DNA of 64,000 nt from Squalus acanthias (lineage: Eukaryota): assembly GCA_030390025.1 (NCBI GenBank), contig CM059432.1, positions 127,102,001 to 127,166,000 of the forward strand, given 5' to 3'. Below are positions 12,724 to 27,178 of the stretch, in pieces (the stretch's first letter is position 1; each line of letters begins with the position of its first letter). Under the pieces are notes generated by a model that searched no databases, was not told where the DNA came from, and saw only the letters and a program-made list of their open reading frames with translations. The translations under genes and the position numbers were made by a program.

Positions 12724-14355
12724 TATTTTGATGGATTGTGGAAATTATTTTGGAGTAGGACGCATGTAGGATGTGTAAACTGTCGGAGATCTGGATGCTG
12801 ACTAAAGCACAGAAGCTTTGTCGTGCACAGTGTGAGGAAGAATGTTGGTATGAACTAGGAGAACAAAGTGACCAATTACTGAAGTAATGAGAAAGAATGA
12901 TCTGTGTGCAGTAACAGAATATGTCGCGGGAAGAAGAAAGATATCATTGGATGGTGATGGAATGGTTGTCACTTGAGAAAAGACCATATTAAACTTTTTA
13001 AAATATCATTATGGGAATACCTTCTTCCCCCAAAATTGGGCATACTTGTCTCTACCAAAGTTGCCGTAGCAAGACTTCACACTTTCACCATGGTGGTCCA
13101 AGAAGTTGTGCGCGTGTAAGTTTGGGGGTGGGGAGGGATCCACTGACCTTAGTATTAGGCTGAGCACAATTAAGATGAACCCAATAAGAGGAAAAAAAGA
13201 AGGGTTCTGTGGGAAAGTAAAACCTGGTATAACTTTCTGCTTAGTACTGCAGCTGCTTCGTGTACTGTGATTAATCTGATTAGTGTCTGCTATAAGTGTA
13301 TCTGGAGCTAAGAGTTGTGCAATGGCATTGTGAATGTGGCATATAAGAATGCAGGGTAGGGTAAATCAGGTAAGGAATATTAGTTAAAGGGTATCAGATT
13401 AATCTTTAATCTCTTTACTTCAATTCCCCATCAGAGAATTGGGTTATAGGTATCCCATCCACATCTAAGGTTTATAAGATATTTAGGAGTTAGCTTGCTT
13501 TTTTTTTACATCAAAGATCAAAGTATGTTAACAGTTGGCTCCGTAGACTATTGAGTGAATTAGTTAACTTCTTGCTAGGATCATCAAAAAAGAAATCAAA
13601 CTCAGAAATACGTGAACTAATACTTTATGATAAGATAATACTATCATAATGTTAAGCTCTGAGGAGTACACAAAGTACTAGAGCAACTCTCATTATCTGA
13701 CAGTCAGAAAACATAAGCACAAATGCAATTGAAGTATATCACAGTATGTCGGTGTTGGCTGGGTTCTTGCTTTATAACAGGCTCAATGTTCCGATCACTC
13801 TATGATTCACAAGGTTTTATTTACTGTTGGTATTTAGTGTGTCTACTCCGTGTACTGTGACTACTCCATGTACTGTGACTAATCTGAATAGTATCTCCTA
13901 GAACTTAGAGCTAAGAGTTGTACAGTGGCATTGTGCATTGTGAATTTGGTAGGAGGAGGATCAATTACATGTGCGAATTTACAAACTGCACATGTTTATA
14001 TCTGCATTCTCATCCATTATTTGAGCCTCAATCCAGTCAAGTCCTGCTCCATTGCGTGGAAGGCTGCTGTGTTTAATACTTGTGAATGTTTTAATGTTGA
14101 CCCATTAAAGGAGCATTATCCTGCAGGGATCCTTTTGAAGGTATTCTATAATTGAATTTTAGTTTTGTATGTTACATTTTTAATTTAGTACCTGGTACAT
14201 GTTGTAGATTTATGCTTCTCCCACTGGAGTTTTAAGTTTGATCCATCAACAGGAAACAGTGATGTGGTTCCAACGTTGTCGTGGAGTGCAGTTCCTTTAG
14301 GAACTTACTTGTAATTAAAGGCAGAGGTTGGGATTATGAAGTGTTGATGGAGAAA

Positions 14356-14760
14356 ACTGGATAGTGCAGTGGGTTAGAGCACTGGTCTTTCATCTCTGGG
14401 ACCTAATTTTGAATTCAACTTAGACTGATAGGAAGGGAAAAACCTCTCTAGCAGCTGTAAGAATGGAAATTCTCATTCCAGTTCTCAGTGGCTGTAGGTT
14501 TACAGCATTCATAGGCTCTAAATTAGCAGTATCACTTGGGAAAATGAATGGGAAATGTAAATGGCACTGATACATTAGAGGATGCTTATTTGAAGTTGGG
14601 TTAACTGGAAGAATATAGGGTGAGCTTTAAGAAATGTCTAACCCCTGCTATACTGGACATAGAGGTGCTAGACCCAATACTAGATCCTAAAAGTGGAAAC
14701 TGCTCAATTGTACCCAGCACTGAACCTACATCACTGAGTACAAACAGTCCCAAAAGTTAA
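14356..14760 (+). mobile_element. Old degenerate tRNA-derived SINE
   Basis: A-box-like tagtgcagtgg and a decayed B-box region at the 5' end; 3' boundary uncertain. Confidence 0.35.
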
Positions 14761-15988
14761 TGAGTAAAAATGTGCCTGTGCACTGTACTAAAATAGTTGA
14801 AATATAATTTGACTGGAACGCGATCAGTTTAACACCCTGTTTGCTCCAGTGCAACTCTGGCATGTAAAATAGTTGCTACATTTTGTTTTAACTAACTTTT
14901 GGCTTTTTTGTCGTATATCACCTTTAATGGGTGGGCTGTTGAACTTCAGATCTTGTTTTGTTTTCTGATTCTCATGATAAGTAATAAAAGCCAAGCTCTG
15001 TTTGTGCAATGCTGACCTTTTGGAATCTTATTTGATGACATTTTTAATTTATGATTTTATGACTTCTGACAAAGTATATTTATTTAGGTATACTTGCGTA
15101 ATTAAGGACAGTGACTGAAGTTCAATTTCAGTGTGATGTCATTGTTCCATGTAACATGCATGGATCCTGCTCCACAGACTTCTGTAGTCAGATGTCCCTT
15201 CCATTTCATTTAAAGGACTGATGCCAGCTGCTTATCTTAGTGAAGGTGACTAGAATAGTAAACGTTAATTACACGGTATTCCGAAAGTTAGTACATTTTC
15301 AAAATGCTGTCACAGAGCGCAATGGTCGCAGTGTGACTCAGACTCCAATAATTGATCATGAAAACAGACACCAACTTCAGATTAGTTTCTGTATCATGCT
15401 AAATGTAGCTGGCAATGAACTGAACAGGATGGTGTCTGTACCACATGTACAGAAATCCTTGGCTGGTTTGAGGTATTAGCAGAGGACCCAGTATTTTAAA
15501 AACTACGACAGTGCCTATAACATCACAGTGGAGTACTTGATACTGCACAAAAAACAAATCAGTTCGTTCAGAATAATTCTGTTTTTAGTATTAGCATTCC
15601 AAAAGCCAATCGTTTTGCATGTTAATTTGCTGGATCTGATTGTGAGGAAATAGGAGGTTTTGTCTGACCAGACATGCGTGTGTGTTGGTATAATTTATAT
15701 AAAATATTTACTTACATATTCTCTTAAAAATCTTGCCTAACTTCCTATTGTCACATTTTTGTTAACTTTTTTTTTTATTATAGATTCCTATGCCCACTTT
15801 TATAATGAAACTGGCTTTATATTCTTAAACCATCTTTTTAAACCCCTCTTCCCTGTCCCCTCCACCCTCGCCTCCAACAAATGCGAGGAGCTCATGGACT
15901 TCTTTGTCATTAAGATTGAGACCACCTGTTCAGCTGCCTCTGCCACTTCCCTCCCTTCCCTTAACCCACCCAGCCAAACGTCCCCTAA

Positions 15989-16863
15989 GGACACAAAGAG
16001 CCTGCAAAGGGATATAGACAGGTTAAGTGAGTGGGCAATAAAGTGGCAGATGGAGTATAATGTGGGGAAATGTGAGGTTATTCAGGAAGAATAGAAAAAC
16101 TGAATTTTTTAAAATGGTGAGAAACTATTAAATGTTGGTGTTCAGAGAGATTTAGGTGTCCTTGTACAGGAAACACAGAGAGTTAGCATGCAGGTACAGC
16201 AAGCAATTCGGAAGGCAAATGGCATGTTGGCCTTTATTGCAAGGGGGTTGGAGTACAAGAGTAAGGAAGTTTTGCTGCAATTGTACAGGGCTTCGGTGAG
16301 ACCACACCTGGAGTACTGTTCACAGTTTTGGTCTCCTTATCTGAGGAAGAATCTACTTGCCTTAGAGGTTGTGCAATAAAGGTTCACTAGATTGATCCCT
16401 GGGATGAGAAGGTTGTCATATGATGAGAGATTGAGTAGATTGGGCCTATAATCTCTGGAGTTTAGAAGAATGAGGTGATCACATTGAAACATATAAGATT
16501 CTGAGGGGGATTGATGGGGTAGATACTGAGAGGTTGTTTCCCCTGGCTGGAGAGCCTAGAACTAGGGGGCATAGTCTCAGGATAAGGGTCGGCCATTTAA
16601 GACTGAGAGGAGGAGGACTTCCTTCTCTCAGAAGGTTGTGAATCTTTGGAATTCTCTACCCCAAAGGGCTGTGGATGCTGAATCGTTGAGTATATTCAAG
16701 GCTGAGATAGATAGATTTTTGGACTCCAGCAGAATCGAAGGATATGGAGATTGGGCAGGAAAGTGGAGTTGAGGTCGAAGATCAGCCATGATCTTATTGA
16801 ATGGCAGAGCAGGCTCGATGGGTCGTATGGCCTACTCCTGCTCCTAATTCTTATGTTCTTATG
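15989..16863 (+). mobile_element. 5'-truncated CR1 LINE inserted into the L2
   Basis: SLQRDIDRLSEWAIKWQMEYNVGKCEV and RPHLEYCSQFWSP; tail ttcttatgttcttatg. Confidence 0.9.
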
Positions 16864-17592
16864 CTCCCGCCCCCTCCCACAGCCCTGAACTTGCTAGTTA
16901 CTTTCCTATCTCCCCTCTTGCCGTCTCCGAGCTCATTTTGTCTGAGACCCACCTCCTGCTCCCTTGACCCTATTCCCACCAAACTGCTGACCACCCAACT
17001 TCCCTTCTTAGCCCCCATATTAACTGATATTGTTAATGGTTCCCTCTACTCGGGTACTGTCCCCCTCCCCTTCAAATCTGCCGTCATCACCCCACTCCTA
17101 AAAAAAACCACCCTTTATCTCTTTTTCCTTGCAACCTCCCTTTCCTCTCCAAGTCCTTGAAAATGTGTTGTTGCTTTGCAAATCCACGCCCATCTTTCCT
17201 GCAACTCCATGTTTAAACCCCTCCAATCAGGTTTCCGCCCTGCCACAGCACTGAAATGGCCCTAAACAAAGTCACAAATGACATCCTATGTCACTGTGAC
17301 CATGGCAAACGATCCCTCCTCATCCTTCTCGATCTGTCTACAGCCTTTGACACAGCTGACCACACCCATCTTCCTCCAACTCTTCTCCATTGTCCCGCTA
17401 GGTAGGACTGCCCTTGCCTGGTTCCATTCCTGTCTATTCAGTCGTAGTCCGAGAATCACCTGCAAAGGCTTCTCTACCCGCTCTGAACAATTACCTCTGG
17501 AGTTCCCAAAGATCTATCCTTGGCCCCTCCTACTTGTCCTCTACATGTTGTCCCTCGGCGACTTCATCCGGAAACACAACACCAGGTTCCAC

Positions 17593-19510
17593 CTCTTACC
17601 CTCTCTAGATCTTTTCATTGCAAACTGCCGCCGTGACATTGGCCGTCTCCATTTCTCTGCTCCCCTCACTCACTCCAACCTACCTCCCTCTGAACTTGCA
17701 GCACTCCATTCTCTCAGATCCAACCCCGACATTGTCATTAAACCTGCTGACAAGGGTGGTGCTGCTGTTGTTTGGCGAACCGACCTCTACCTAGTGGAAG
17801 CTGAACGCCAACTCTCCGACACCTCCTCCTACCTCCCCCTGGACCATGACCCCACTACCGAACATCAAGCCACCGTGTCCAAGACTGTCACTGACCTCAT
17901 CTCCTCTGGAGATCTTCCCCCCACGGCCGCCAACCTCATAGTTCCCCAACCCCGCACAGCCCGCTTCTACCTCCTTCCCAAGATCCACAAACGGGACTGC
18001 CCTGGTAGACCCATCATTTCAGCCTGTTCTTGCCCCACAGAACTTATCTCTTCCTATCTCGACTCTTTTTTCTCCCCTTGTCCAGTCTCTTCCCATCTAC
18101 ATCCGCGACTCTTCCGACGCCCTCCGCCACTTTAACAGTTTCCAGTTTCCCGGCCCCAACCACCTCCTTTTCACTATGGACATACAATCCCTCTACACCT
18201 CCATCCCCCACCAGGATGGCCTGAGGGCGCTCCGCTTCTTCCTTGAACAGAGGCCCAACCAGTCCCCATCCACCACCACCCTCCTCTGCCTGGCTGAACT
18301 TGTTCTCACATTGAACAACTTCTCCTTTGACTCCACTCATTTCCTCCAAATCAAAGGTGTTGCTATGGGTACCCGCATGGGTCCTAGCTATGCCTGCCTT
18401 TTCGTGGGATATGTGGAACACTCTTTGTTCCAGTCCTACTCGGGTCCCCTCCCTCACCTCTTTTTCCGGTACATTGATGACTGTATCGGTGCCGTTTCTT
18501 GCTCTCGCCCTGAACTAGACAATTTCCTCACCTTCACATGGTCCATCTCCGACTCTTCGCTTCCCTTCCTCGACTTCTCCATCTCCATCTCTGGGGATAG
18601 GTTATTGACAAACATTCCCTACAAGCCCACTGACTCCCACAGCTACCTGGACTACACTTCCTCCCACCCCGCCTCCTGTAAGGACTCTATTCCATTCTCC
18701 CAGTTTCTCCGTCTCCGCCGCATCTGCTCTGACGATGCCACCTTCCATACCAGTGCTTCCGACATGTCTTCCATTTTCCTCAACCGAGGATTCCCCTCTA
18801 CTGTGGTTGACACGGCCCTCGACCGTGTCCGTTCCATCTCCCGCACTTCTGCCCTCACCCCTGCCCCTCCCTCCCGGAACCACGATAGCGTTCCCCTTGT
18901 CCTCACCTTTCACCCCACCAGCCTCCACATTCAACGGATCATCCGCCGCCATTTCCACCACCTCCAGCGTGATCCCACCACCAAACGCATCTTCCCCTCA
19001 CCTCCCCTTTCAGCATTCCGTAGGGACCGCTCCCTCCGCGACACCCTCGTCCACTCCTCTATCACCCCCAGCACCCTTTCCCCTTCGCCCGGCACCTTCC
19101 CGTGCAAGCGCAGGAGATGCAACACATGCCCTTATACCTCCCCCCTACCCACTGTCCAGGGCCCCAAACACCCCTTCCAGGTGCAACAGCGATTTACTTG
19201 TACTTCTTGCAATTTAGTATACTGTATTCGCTGCTCACGATGTGGTCTCCTCTACATTGGGGAGACCAAACGCAGATTGGGTGACCGCTTTGCGGAACAC
19301 CTCCGTTAAGTCCGTAAGGGGGACCCCGAGCTTCTGGTCGCCTGTCACTTTAATTCACCGCTTCATTCCCACTCAGACCTCACCGTCCTCAGCCTCTTGC
19401 ATTGTTCCACGGAAGTTCAGCGTAAGCTCGAGGAACAGCACCTCATCTTTCGATTAGGCACTTTACAGCCCTCTGGACTCAACATAGAGTTCAACAATTT
19501 CAGATCATAA
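17593..19510 (+). pseudogene. Penelope RT/GIY-YIG ORF, disrupted
   Basis: IKPADKGGA, FYLLPKIHK, GRPIIS, MDIQSLYTSIP, GVAMGTRMGPSYA, FRYIDD, PCKRRRCNTC, VYCIRCSRCGLLYIGET; frameshift near 18070-18130 and a premature stop at 19307-19309. Confidence 0.88.
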
Positions 19511-19904
19511 CCTCGGCCCCTATTATTTTTTATCCACACTTTTTGTTTGTGCCTTGTTTTCTTCCCTCCCACATGGCATCTGTCTTCCATTCTGCCAGCG
19601 CAATTCACACTTCATCTTGAGCCATCCTTTGTTCCTTAACCTGTCCCATTACCATCTCCTCTTGCCTTGAATATCTCTTAATGCCTCTTTACTTCTCCTG
19701 CCTTCCATCCTATCACAGACCTTCCCTTTTGTTCTTTCATCCCCTCCCCCATTTCCCAGCCCCCAAACTTGCTTTAAAATCTGTTCCATTTCCTGCTTTT
19801 TTCCAGTTCTGACAAAAGGTCTTCGACCTGAAACGTTAAATCTGTTTCTCTCTCCACGGATGCTGCCTGGCCTGCTGAGTTTTTCCAGCATTTACTGTTG
19901 TTGT
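17593..19904 (+). mobile_element. 5'-truncated Penelope-like element (Neptune type) with 3' pseudo-LTR
   Basis: 12-bp TSD ACCAGGTTCCAC (17581-17592, 19905-19916); RT, Cys-rich linker and GIY-YIG endonuclease; pLTR with hammerhead-like motif at ~19805-19841. Confidence 0.92.
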
Positions 19905-20069
19905 ACCAGGTTCCACATATACGTTGAGGACACCCAGCTTTACTTCACCACCACCACCACCTCTCTCGACCCCTCCACTGCCTCTGATATGTCACGCTGT
20001 TTGTCCAACATCCAGTATTGGATGATGAGAAATTTCCTCCAATTAAATATCGGGAAGACCGAAGCCATT

Positions 20070-20730
20070 GGGCTGGATTTTCAATGACCCGTGGAGTCTG
20101 GTTTGGAGGCGTGTGGGGGGTTAAAGTTGCAGATTCGGGGGTCCCGACTCCATTCCGCCTCCACGCAATTTTGACAAAATCGGTCGCGGGGTTCCCGCCT
20201 CCAAGAGGCGGGAGAGGCCATTAAAGCCCTTAACAAGCCCTAAATTGGCTCTGTAATGCCATTTTGAAATGTTTTAGCTAGTTTAACCATTTTCGGACGT
20301 GAAGTACGCCTGATGTGAAACACGCCAGTGAAACCTGGCGGGACACGGAGATGTGATGAAGGTAGTAGTAGTATTAGGTCTGAAAGTCGCCTCTGATGTT
20401 GCTGCATTGAATGTCTTCAGAGACTGCCTGGGAGGACTTGGTTGCAAAAAAAATTCTCTCTGTCTGTCTGTCTGAGATGCTGCTGCTCATTTTGCATCCA
20501 GGTCCTCTCACAGCAAAGGCCAGGCAGTCTCTGACCTGCAATGATGACATCATCAGAGGCGACTTTCAGACTGAAACCACTAATTGGTTCATGGGTTCCC
20601 ACATGCTGGAACTCAATTGCCCAATTAAGTGAAAATTGCATCAATCTCCCACATCCAATTGCAGGCGGGTGGATAACACGAAATGCGGATGACATGACCC
20701 CCAACCCGCCCCAGTATCAAAATCCAGCCC
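20070..20730. mobile_element. PIF/Harbinger-like MITE
   Basis: Perfect 12-bp TIR GGGCTGGATTTT/AAAATCCAGCCC, 3-bp TSD ATT; internal 20-bp inverted repeat TCTGAAAGTCGCCTCTGATG. Confidence 0.85.
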
Positions 20731-20817
20731 ATTGTCTTTGGTCCCTGCTACAAACTCTGTTACCTAGCCACTGACTCCATCCCACTGTCTGAGGCCGAAC
20801 CAGACTGTTTGCAGCCA

Positions 20818-23800
20818 TGAGAGCAGGGCTAAAAGGAGCAGTGACCCGAGGCCCGAGATCACAGCGGGAGTAGGGCCGGAGCTGAGAGCGGGGATAAAAG
20901 GAACAGCGATCTGAGGCCCAAGATCACAGCGGGAGCGGACCAACAAGAGGCACAGAGTCAGTGAGTGACTCAACATGGGAGTGACGTCAGAATTCAAAAG
21001 TGTCGCTGGCACAAGGGAGCTGAGAGGTGAGTATTTGTGGTAAATTTTTTGTTCTGTTCTGAGTATATTTCTGCTAAGTAGTTCATAGCCTATCTAATAG
21101 ATGGAAGTGCTGATTGGTGGATAGCTGTTGAGTGTTTCTTGTTAAGTTTTAAGTTTATTTATGGTATATAGAGGCATGGCAGGGCAGCTCAGTCCCGTGA
21201 ATTGCACATCTTGTGCCATGTGGGAAATCCTGGACGCTTCTTGCGGCCTGGACGACCACGTGTGCAGGAAGTGTCGCCAACTGCAGCAACTTGAGCTCCG
21301 GGTTTTGGAGCTTGAGCGGCAGCTGGAGTCACTACAGTGCATTCGCGAGACCGAGAACTTTGTGGATAGCACATTGCTAGAGGTGGTCACACCGCAGCCT
21401 CAGAATGTGCAGGCAAAGAGTAAGTGGGTGACCGCCAGACAAAGAAGGAGGACCAGGCAGGTAGGGCATGAATGCCCAGAATGCATCTCGCTCGCTAACC
21501 GGTTCACAGTTCTGGAAACTGGTGGGGGTGATGGTTCCTCTGGGGGGAGCAGCCAGAGCCAAGTCCACGGCACCACGGGTGGGTCAGCTGCAGAAGGGGG
21601 GGAGGAAGAAGAGTGGAAGAACAATAGTGATAGGGGATTCATTAGTTAGGGGAACAGATAGGTGTTTCTGTGGCCGTAGACGTGACTCCAGGATGGTATG
21701 TTGCCTCCCTGTGCCAGGGTCAAGGATATCACTCAGCGGTTGCAGGACACTCTGAGGGGAGGGGGGCGCGGTGGGGGAGGGTGATCAGTTGTTGTCCAAC
21801 GACATAGGCAGAAAGAGGGATGAGGTCCTGCAGGAAGACGATAGGGAGCTATAGAGAGATTAAAAAGCAGGACCTCAAAGGTAGTAATCTCCGGATTACT
21901 CCCGGTGCCATGTGCTAGTGAGTACAGGAATAAGAGGATAGAACAGATGAATGTGTGGCTGGAGAGATGGTGCAGGAGGGAGGGCTTTAGATTCCTGAGG
22001 CATCGGGACCATTTCTGGGGAAGGTGGGACCTGTACAAGCCGGATGAATTACACCTCAACGGAGCCGGGACCAATATTCTCGCCGGGGGGAGGGGGGGGC
22101 TTTCGAGTACAGTTGGGGAGGGTTTAAACTAGCTTGGCAGGGGGATGGGCACCAGCATATAGGAGGAGAAAAGAGGAATAAGGTGCATAAAAGAATGAGT
22201 GTGTTGGATAGTACTAGAGAAGAAAGTAGTACTAGAGGTGGAAGAAGTACCATATTCGATAGGAGCAGACTAAGAAAGACTATGAAAAATTCAAACATGG
22301 GTTTAGAATGCAAGTACGTAAACGTACAAAGTGTGGTGAATAAGGTTGATGAGCTACAAGCACAATTAGCCGTGTGGCAATATGATGTAGTGGCAATAAT
22401 GGCAACGTGGTTTAAAAACGGTGAGGACTGGGCACTTAATATTCAAGGGTACAGGTTGTTCAGAAAGGATAGGTGAGGAAAAAAGGGAGGCGGGGAAGGC
22501 AGTGCTGATTAAGGAAGACATTGTAGTGTTGGAAAGAAAGGATGTTCTTGAGGGGGCAAGGACAGAATCCATTTGGTTAGAGTTGAGGAGCAAAAAGGGT
22601 ATGATCATGCTATTGGGGGTATTCTATAGGCCTCCAAATAGTGAGAGGAGCAAATCTACAGGGAAATCGCAGAGATTTGCCAGAGCTATAGAGTGGTGAT
22701 ATTGGGGGACTTTAATTACCCAAATATCAATTGGGATAATGCTAGGGTAAAGGGAAAGGAGGGGGAGGAATTTCTGAAATGAGTTCAGGAGAATTTCCAT
22801 GACCAGTATGTTCTTGGCCCAACTAGGAAGGAGGCATTGCTGGATCTGGTGCTGGGGAATGAGGTGGGCCAGGTTGACCAAGTGTCTGTGGGAGAACACT
22901 TAGGTACGAGTGATCATCGTATCATAAGATTTAGATTAGCAATGGAGAGGAGCAAGGAACAATCTAGAGTGGAACTTCTAAGCTGGAAAAGGGCTAACTT
23001 CAATGGGATACAAAAGGATCTAGCCAGGGTAAAATGGAACCAAAGACTGACAGGAAAAACTGTAATGGAACAATGGCTGATTTTTAAGGAGGAGATGTTC
23101 CAAGTACAGGCTAGGTACATTCCAACAAGATGGAAGGGTAAGGGAACCAAAGCAAGGACTCCTTGGATGACGAGGGAGATAGAGAAGATGATGAAACAAA
23201 AAAAGAGGGTGTATGATGCATGTCAGGTGAATTCTTCAAGGGAGAACTAGACCAAATACAATAAGTTGAGAGGGGAAGTGAAGATGAAAATAAGATTGGC
23301 AAATAGTAGAATGGCGGTTAACATAAAAGGGAACCCAAAAATCTTCTACCGGCATGTAAGCGGGTAGTAAGAGGCGGGGTGGTGCCTATTAGCGACAAAG
23401 AAGGTGATGTATGCTTAGAAGCGCAGGGCAAGGCTAGAATACTCAATGAGTACTTTGTATCGGTGTTTACTAAGGAGGTGGATGCTGACAAAATATCGGT
23501 AGAAGTGGAAAAGGTCGAAGCAATGGAAGGGGTGAAAATTGATGGACAGGATGTACTAGAAAGGCTGGGTATGCTTAGAGTGGATAAGTCGCCTGGTCCA
23601 GATGGCTTGCATCCCAGGTTGCTAAGAGAAATGGGGGAGGAGATAGCGGAAGGGCTTGCCATAATTTTCCAATCTTCCCTAGATGCGGGGGAGGTGCCTG
23701 AGGATTGGAAAGTGGCAAATGTGACACCGTTGTTCAAGAAAGGGGGGAAGGACAATCCTAGTAACTACAGGCTGGTCAGTTTAACATCAGTGGTGTGTTT

Positions 23801-26800
23801 AGAAACAATAATCAAGGAAAAAATTAACGGGCACTTGGAGAGGTTTAAGCTAATTAAGGAGAGCCAACACAGATTTCTAAAAGGCAGATCGTGTTTAACT
23901 AATTTCATTGAATTTTTTGATGAAGTAACAGAGAGGATTGATGTAGGGAATGCAATGGATGTTGTCTACATGGATTTTAGGAAGGCGTTTGACAAAATAC
24001 CACATAGAAGGCTGGTTAACAAAATTGAGGCTCATGGAATAGGTGGGTCAGTGGCAGCTTGGATAAGGAATTGGCTTGAGGACAGAAAACAGCGCGTTGT
24101 GGTAACTGGCTGTTTTTCAGACTGGAGGATGGTAGACAGTGGTGTTCCCCAAGGGCCAGGGCTGGGGCCACTGCTTTTTTTGATATATATATATATATAT
24201 AAATGACCTGGATATTGGAATACAGAGTAGAATTTCTAAATTTGCCGATGACATCAAACTTGGGGGTGTGGCAAACAGTGAAGATGATACCAATCGACTG
24301 TATCAGGACATAGAAGGGCTAGCAGAATGGGCAGACAAGTGACAGATGGAATTTAATACAGAGAAGTGTGAGGTGATGCATTTTGGCAGAAGGAACAGAG
24401 AGAGGCAATATACACTAAATGGCACAGTTTTAAAGAGTGTGCAGGGACAGAGGGACCTTGGGAGTTAATGTGCATAGGTCCCTGAAGGTAGGAGGACATA
24501 TTGAGAGAGTGGTTAGCAAAGCATATGGGATCTTGGGCTTCATAAATAGAGGTATTGAGTACAAAAGCAGAGAAGTTATGCTGAACCTTTATAAAGCGCT
24601 GGTTAGGCCACAACTGGAGTATTGCGTCCAGTTCTGGTCACCACACTTTAGGAAGGATGTGAAGGTCCTTGAGAGGGTGCAGAAGAGATTTACTAGAATG
24701 GTTCCGGGGATGGGAGATCTTGGCTACAAGGACAGGTTGGAGAAGCTGGATTTGTTTTCATTAGAGCAAAGGAGGTTGAGGGGTGATTTGATAGAGGTGT
24801 ACAAGATTGTGACTGGTTTGGATAGGCTAGACAGAGAAAGGCTGTTCCCACTAGTTACATAGATACATACATAGATACATAGAAGATAGGAGCAGGAGTA
24901 GGCCATCCGGCCCTTCGAGCCTGCTCCGCCATTTAATGAGATCATGGCTGATCCTCCAATTCAGTATCCCGTCCCCGCCTTCTCTCCGTAACCCTTAACC
25001 CCTTTTGCCTGTAGAAATATATCTAATTCCCTCTTAAATATATTTAATGAGCTGGCGTACACTGCCCTCTGTGGCAATGAGTTCCACAGGTTCACCACCC
25101 TCTGAGTGAAGAAATTCCCCCTCATTTCTGTCCTAAATGGTTTAGCCCTTATCCTTAAATTATGTCCTCTAGTTCTGTTCTCACCCGCCAAGGGAAACAT
25201 TCCTTCTGCATCTAGTCTGTCTAGACCTGTCAGAATTTTATACACTTCTATGAGGTCCCCTCTCAATCTTCTAAACTCCAGTGTGTACATCCCTAAACTA
25301 CATAGTCTCTCCTCATAGGTCAATCCCGCCATTCCTGGTATCAGCCTGGTGAATCGCCGCTGCACCCCCTCCATGGCAAGAACATCTTTCCTCAGATGAG
25401 GCGACCAAAACTGTACACAGTACTCGAGGTGTGGTCTCACCAGTGCCCTGTACAGCTGCAGCAAGGTATCCCTGTTCCTGTATTCCAACCCTTTTGCTAT
25501 GAAGGCCAGCATACCGTTTGCCTTCTTGACCGCCTGTTGCACCTGCATGCTCGCCTTCAGTGACTGGTGTACAAGAACACCCAGGTCTCTCTGTACTTCC
25601 CCCTCTCCCAATTTATTGCCATTTAAATAATAATTTGCCCTCCCGTTCCTGCACCCAAGGTGGATAACTTCGCACTTGTCCACATTATAGTGCATCTGCC
25701 ATTTATCCGCCCAATCACCCAGTCTGTCCAAATCGCTCTGGAGCTTCCTGGTCTCCTCCTCTGAGCCCACCCCCCCTCCTAGTTTAGTGTCGTCTGCAAA
25801 TTTGGAAATGCTGCATCCGACTCCCTGATCCAGGTCATTAATGTAAATTGTGAACAGCTGGGGACCCAGGACAGATCCCTGCGGTACCCCACTTGTTACT
25901 GCCTGCCATTCAGAAAATGAGCCGTTTATTCCAACTCTCTGTTTTCTATCTGACAGCCAGTTCTCTATCCACGTCAATACTTTCCCCTTTATCCCATGAG
26001 CTTCAATTTTCCATGCTAATCTTTTATGTGGGACCTTATCGAAGGCCTTTTGGAAGTCCAGGTACACCACATCTACTGGCTCTCCCCCATCTATTTTACC
26101 AGTTACTCCCTCAAAAAATTCCAATAGATTAGTCAAGCACGATTTACCCTTTGTAAATCCATGTTGACTCTGTCCTATCCTGTCCCCATTTGCTAAGTGC
26201 TCCGCTATTTCATCCTTAATGATGGACTCCAGCATTTTGCCCACAACTGATGTAAGGCTTACAGGTCTGTAATTACCTGCTTTTTCCCTACCCCCCTTTT
26301 TGAATAGTGGGGTAACGTTAGCTACCCTCCAATCCATGGGCACTGTTCCCGAGTCTAATGAATTCTGAAAAATCATACTTAGTGCATCCGCTATCTCTAG
26401 GGCCACCTCCTTCAGTACCCTAGGATGCATGTTATCAGGCCCTGGGGATTTGTCCGCCTTCAATCCCTTTAGCTTCCTTAACACCATATCCTTAGAGATA
26501 TTGATTTGCGTCAGTTCCTCCTTTGCCAATGTCCCTATTTTTCCCGATATCCCAGGGAGGTTTTTTGTGTCTTCCTTCGTAAAGACTGACCCAAAGTATG
26601 CATTTAGTTGGTCTGCCATTTCCTTATTTCCCGTTATATATTCCCCCGTATCTGACTGCAATGATGGTACAAGGACTGGGGGACACAGATTTAAGGTTTT
26701 GGGCAAGAGATACAGGGGGGAGGTGAGGAAAAACATTTTTACGCAGCGAGTGGTGAGGACCTGGAACTCGCTGCCGATGGAAGTGGTGGAGGCGGAGACA

Positions 26801-26960
26801 CTCAATGTTTTCTAGGGGAGACTGGATAGGCACTTGAGGGAAATAAACTTGCAGGGCTACGGGGATAGAGCGGGGGAATGGGACTGACTGGATTGCTCTG
26901 CAGTGAGCCAGCGCAGACTCGATGGGCCGAATGGCCTCCTCCTGTGCCGTTCTGATTCTA
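20818..26960 (+). mobile_element. Full-length degenerate CR1 LINE (5' UTR repeats, ORF1 Zn-finger + GDSL esterase, ORF2 APE + RT), interrupted by an antisense CR1
   Basis: ORF1 CTSCAMWE..HVCRKC and IVIGDSLVRG; APE GVFYRPPNS, LDLVLGNE, SDHRII; RT KSPGPDG, YMDFRKAFDK; 3' end resumes at ~26662. Confidence 0.9.
24857..26661 (-). mobile_element. Younger 5'-truncated CR1 with open RT ORF, nested antisense in the CR1 above
   Basis: Open frame ~26660 to 24961 with [39 protein letters not shown]-type tail at 24857-24885. Confidence 0.92.
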
Positions 26961-27178
26961 TGGCGTCCTATTTGACCCTGAGGTGAGCGTCCGACCCCAT
27001 ATCCTCTCTTATCACCAAGACTGCCTACTATCACCCGTCTCCGCCCCACTTCAGCCCATCTGCTTCTGAAACATTCATTCATGGTTTTGTTACCTCTAGA
27101 CTCGACTGTTCCAGTACTTTCCTGGCCGGCCTCCCACCTTGCCCCTCTGTAAACTTGAGCTCATCCAAAACTGCTGCC

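Noticed and set aside
17278..18135. 285-aa ORF as a novel protein
   Set aside because: Chance read-through from degenerate L2 sequence into the Penelope RT across the TSD junction
26662..26805. N-terminus of the 614-aa ORF
   Set aside because: It is the antisense of the host CR1 3' end, not part of the nested element
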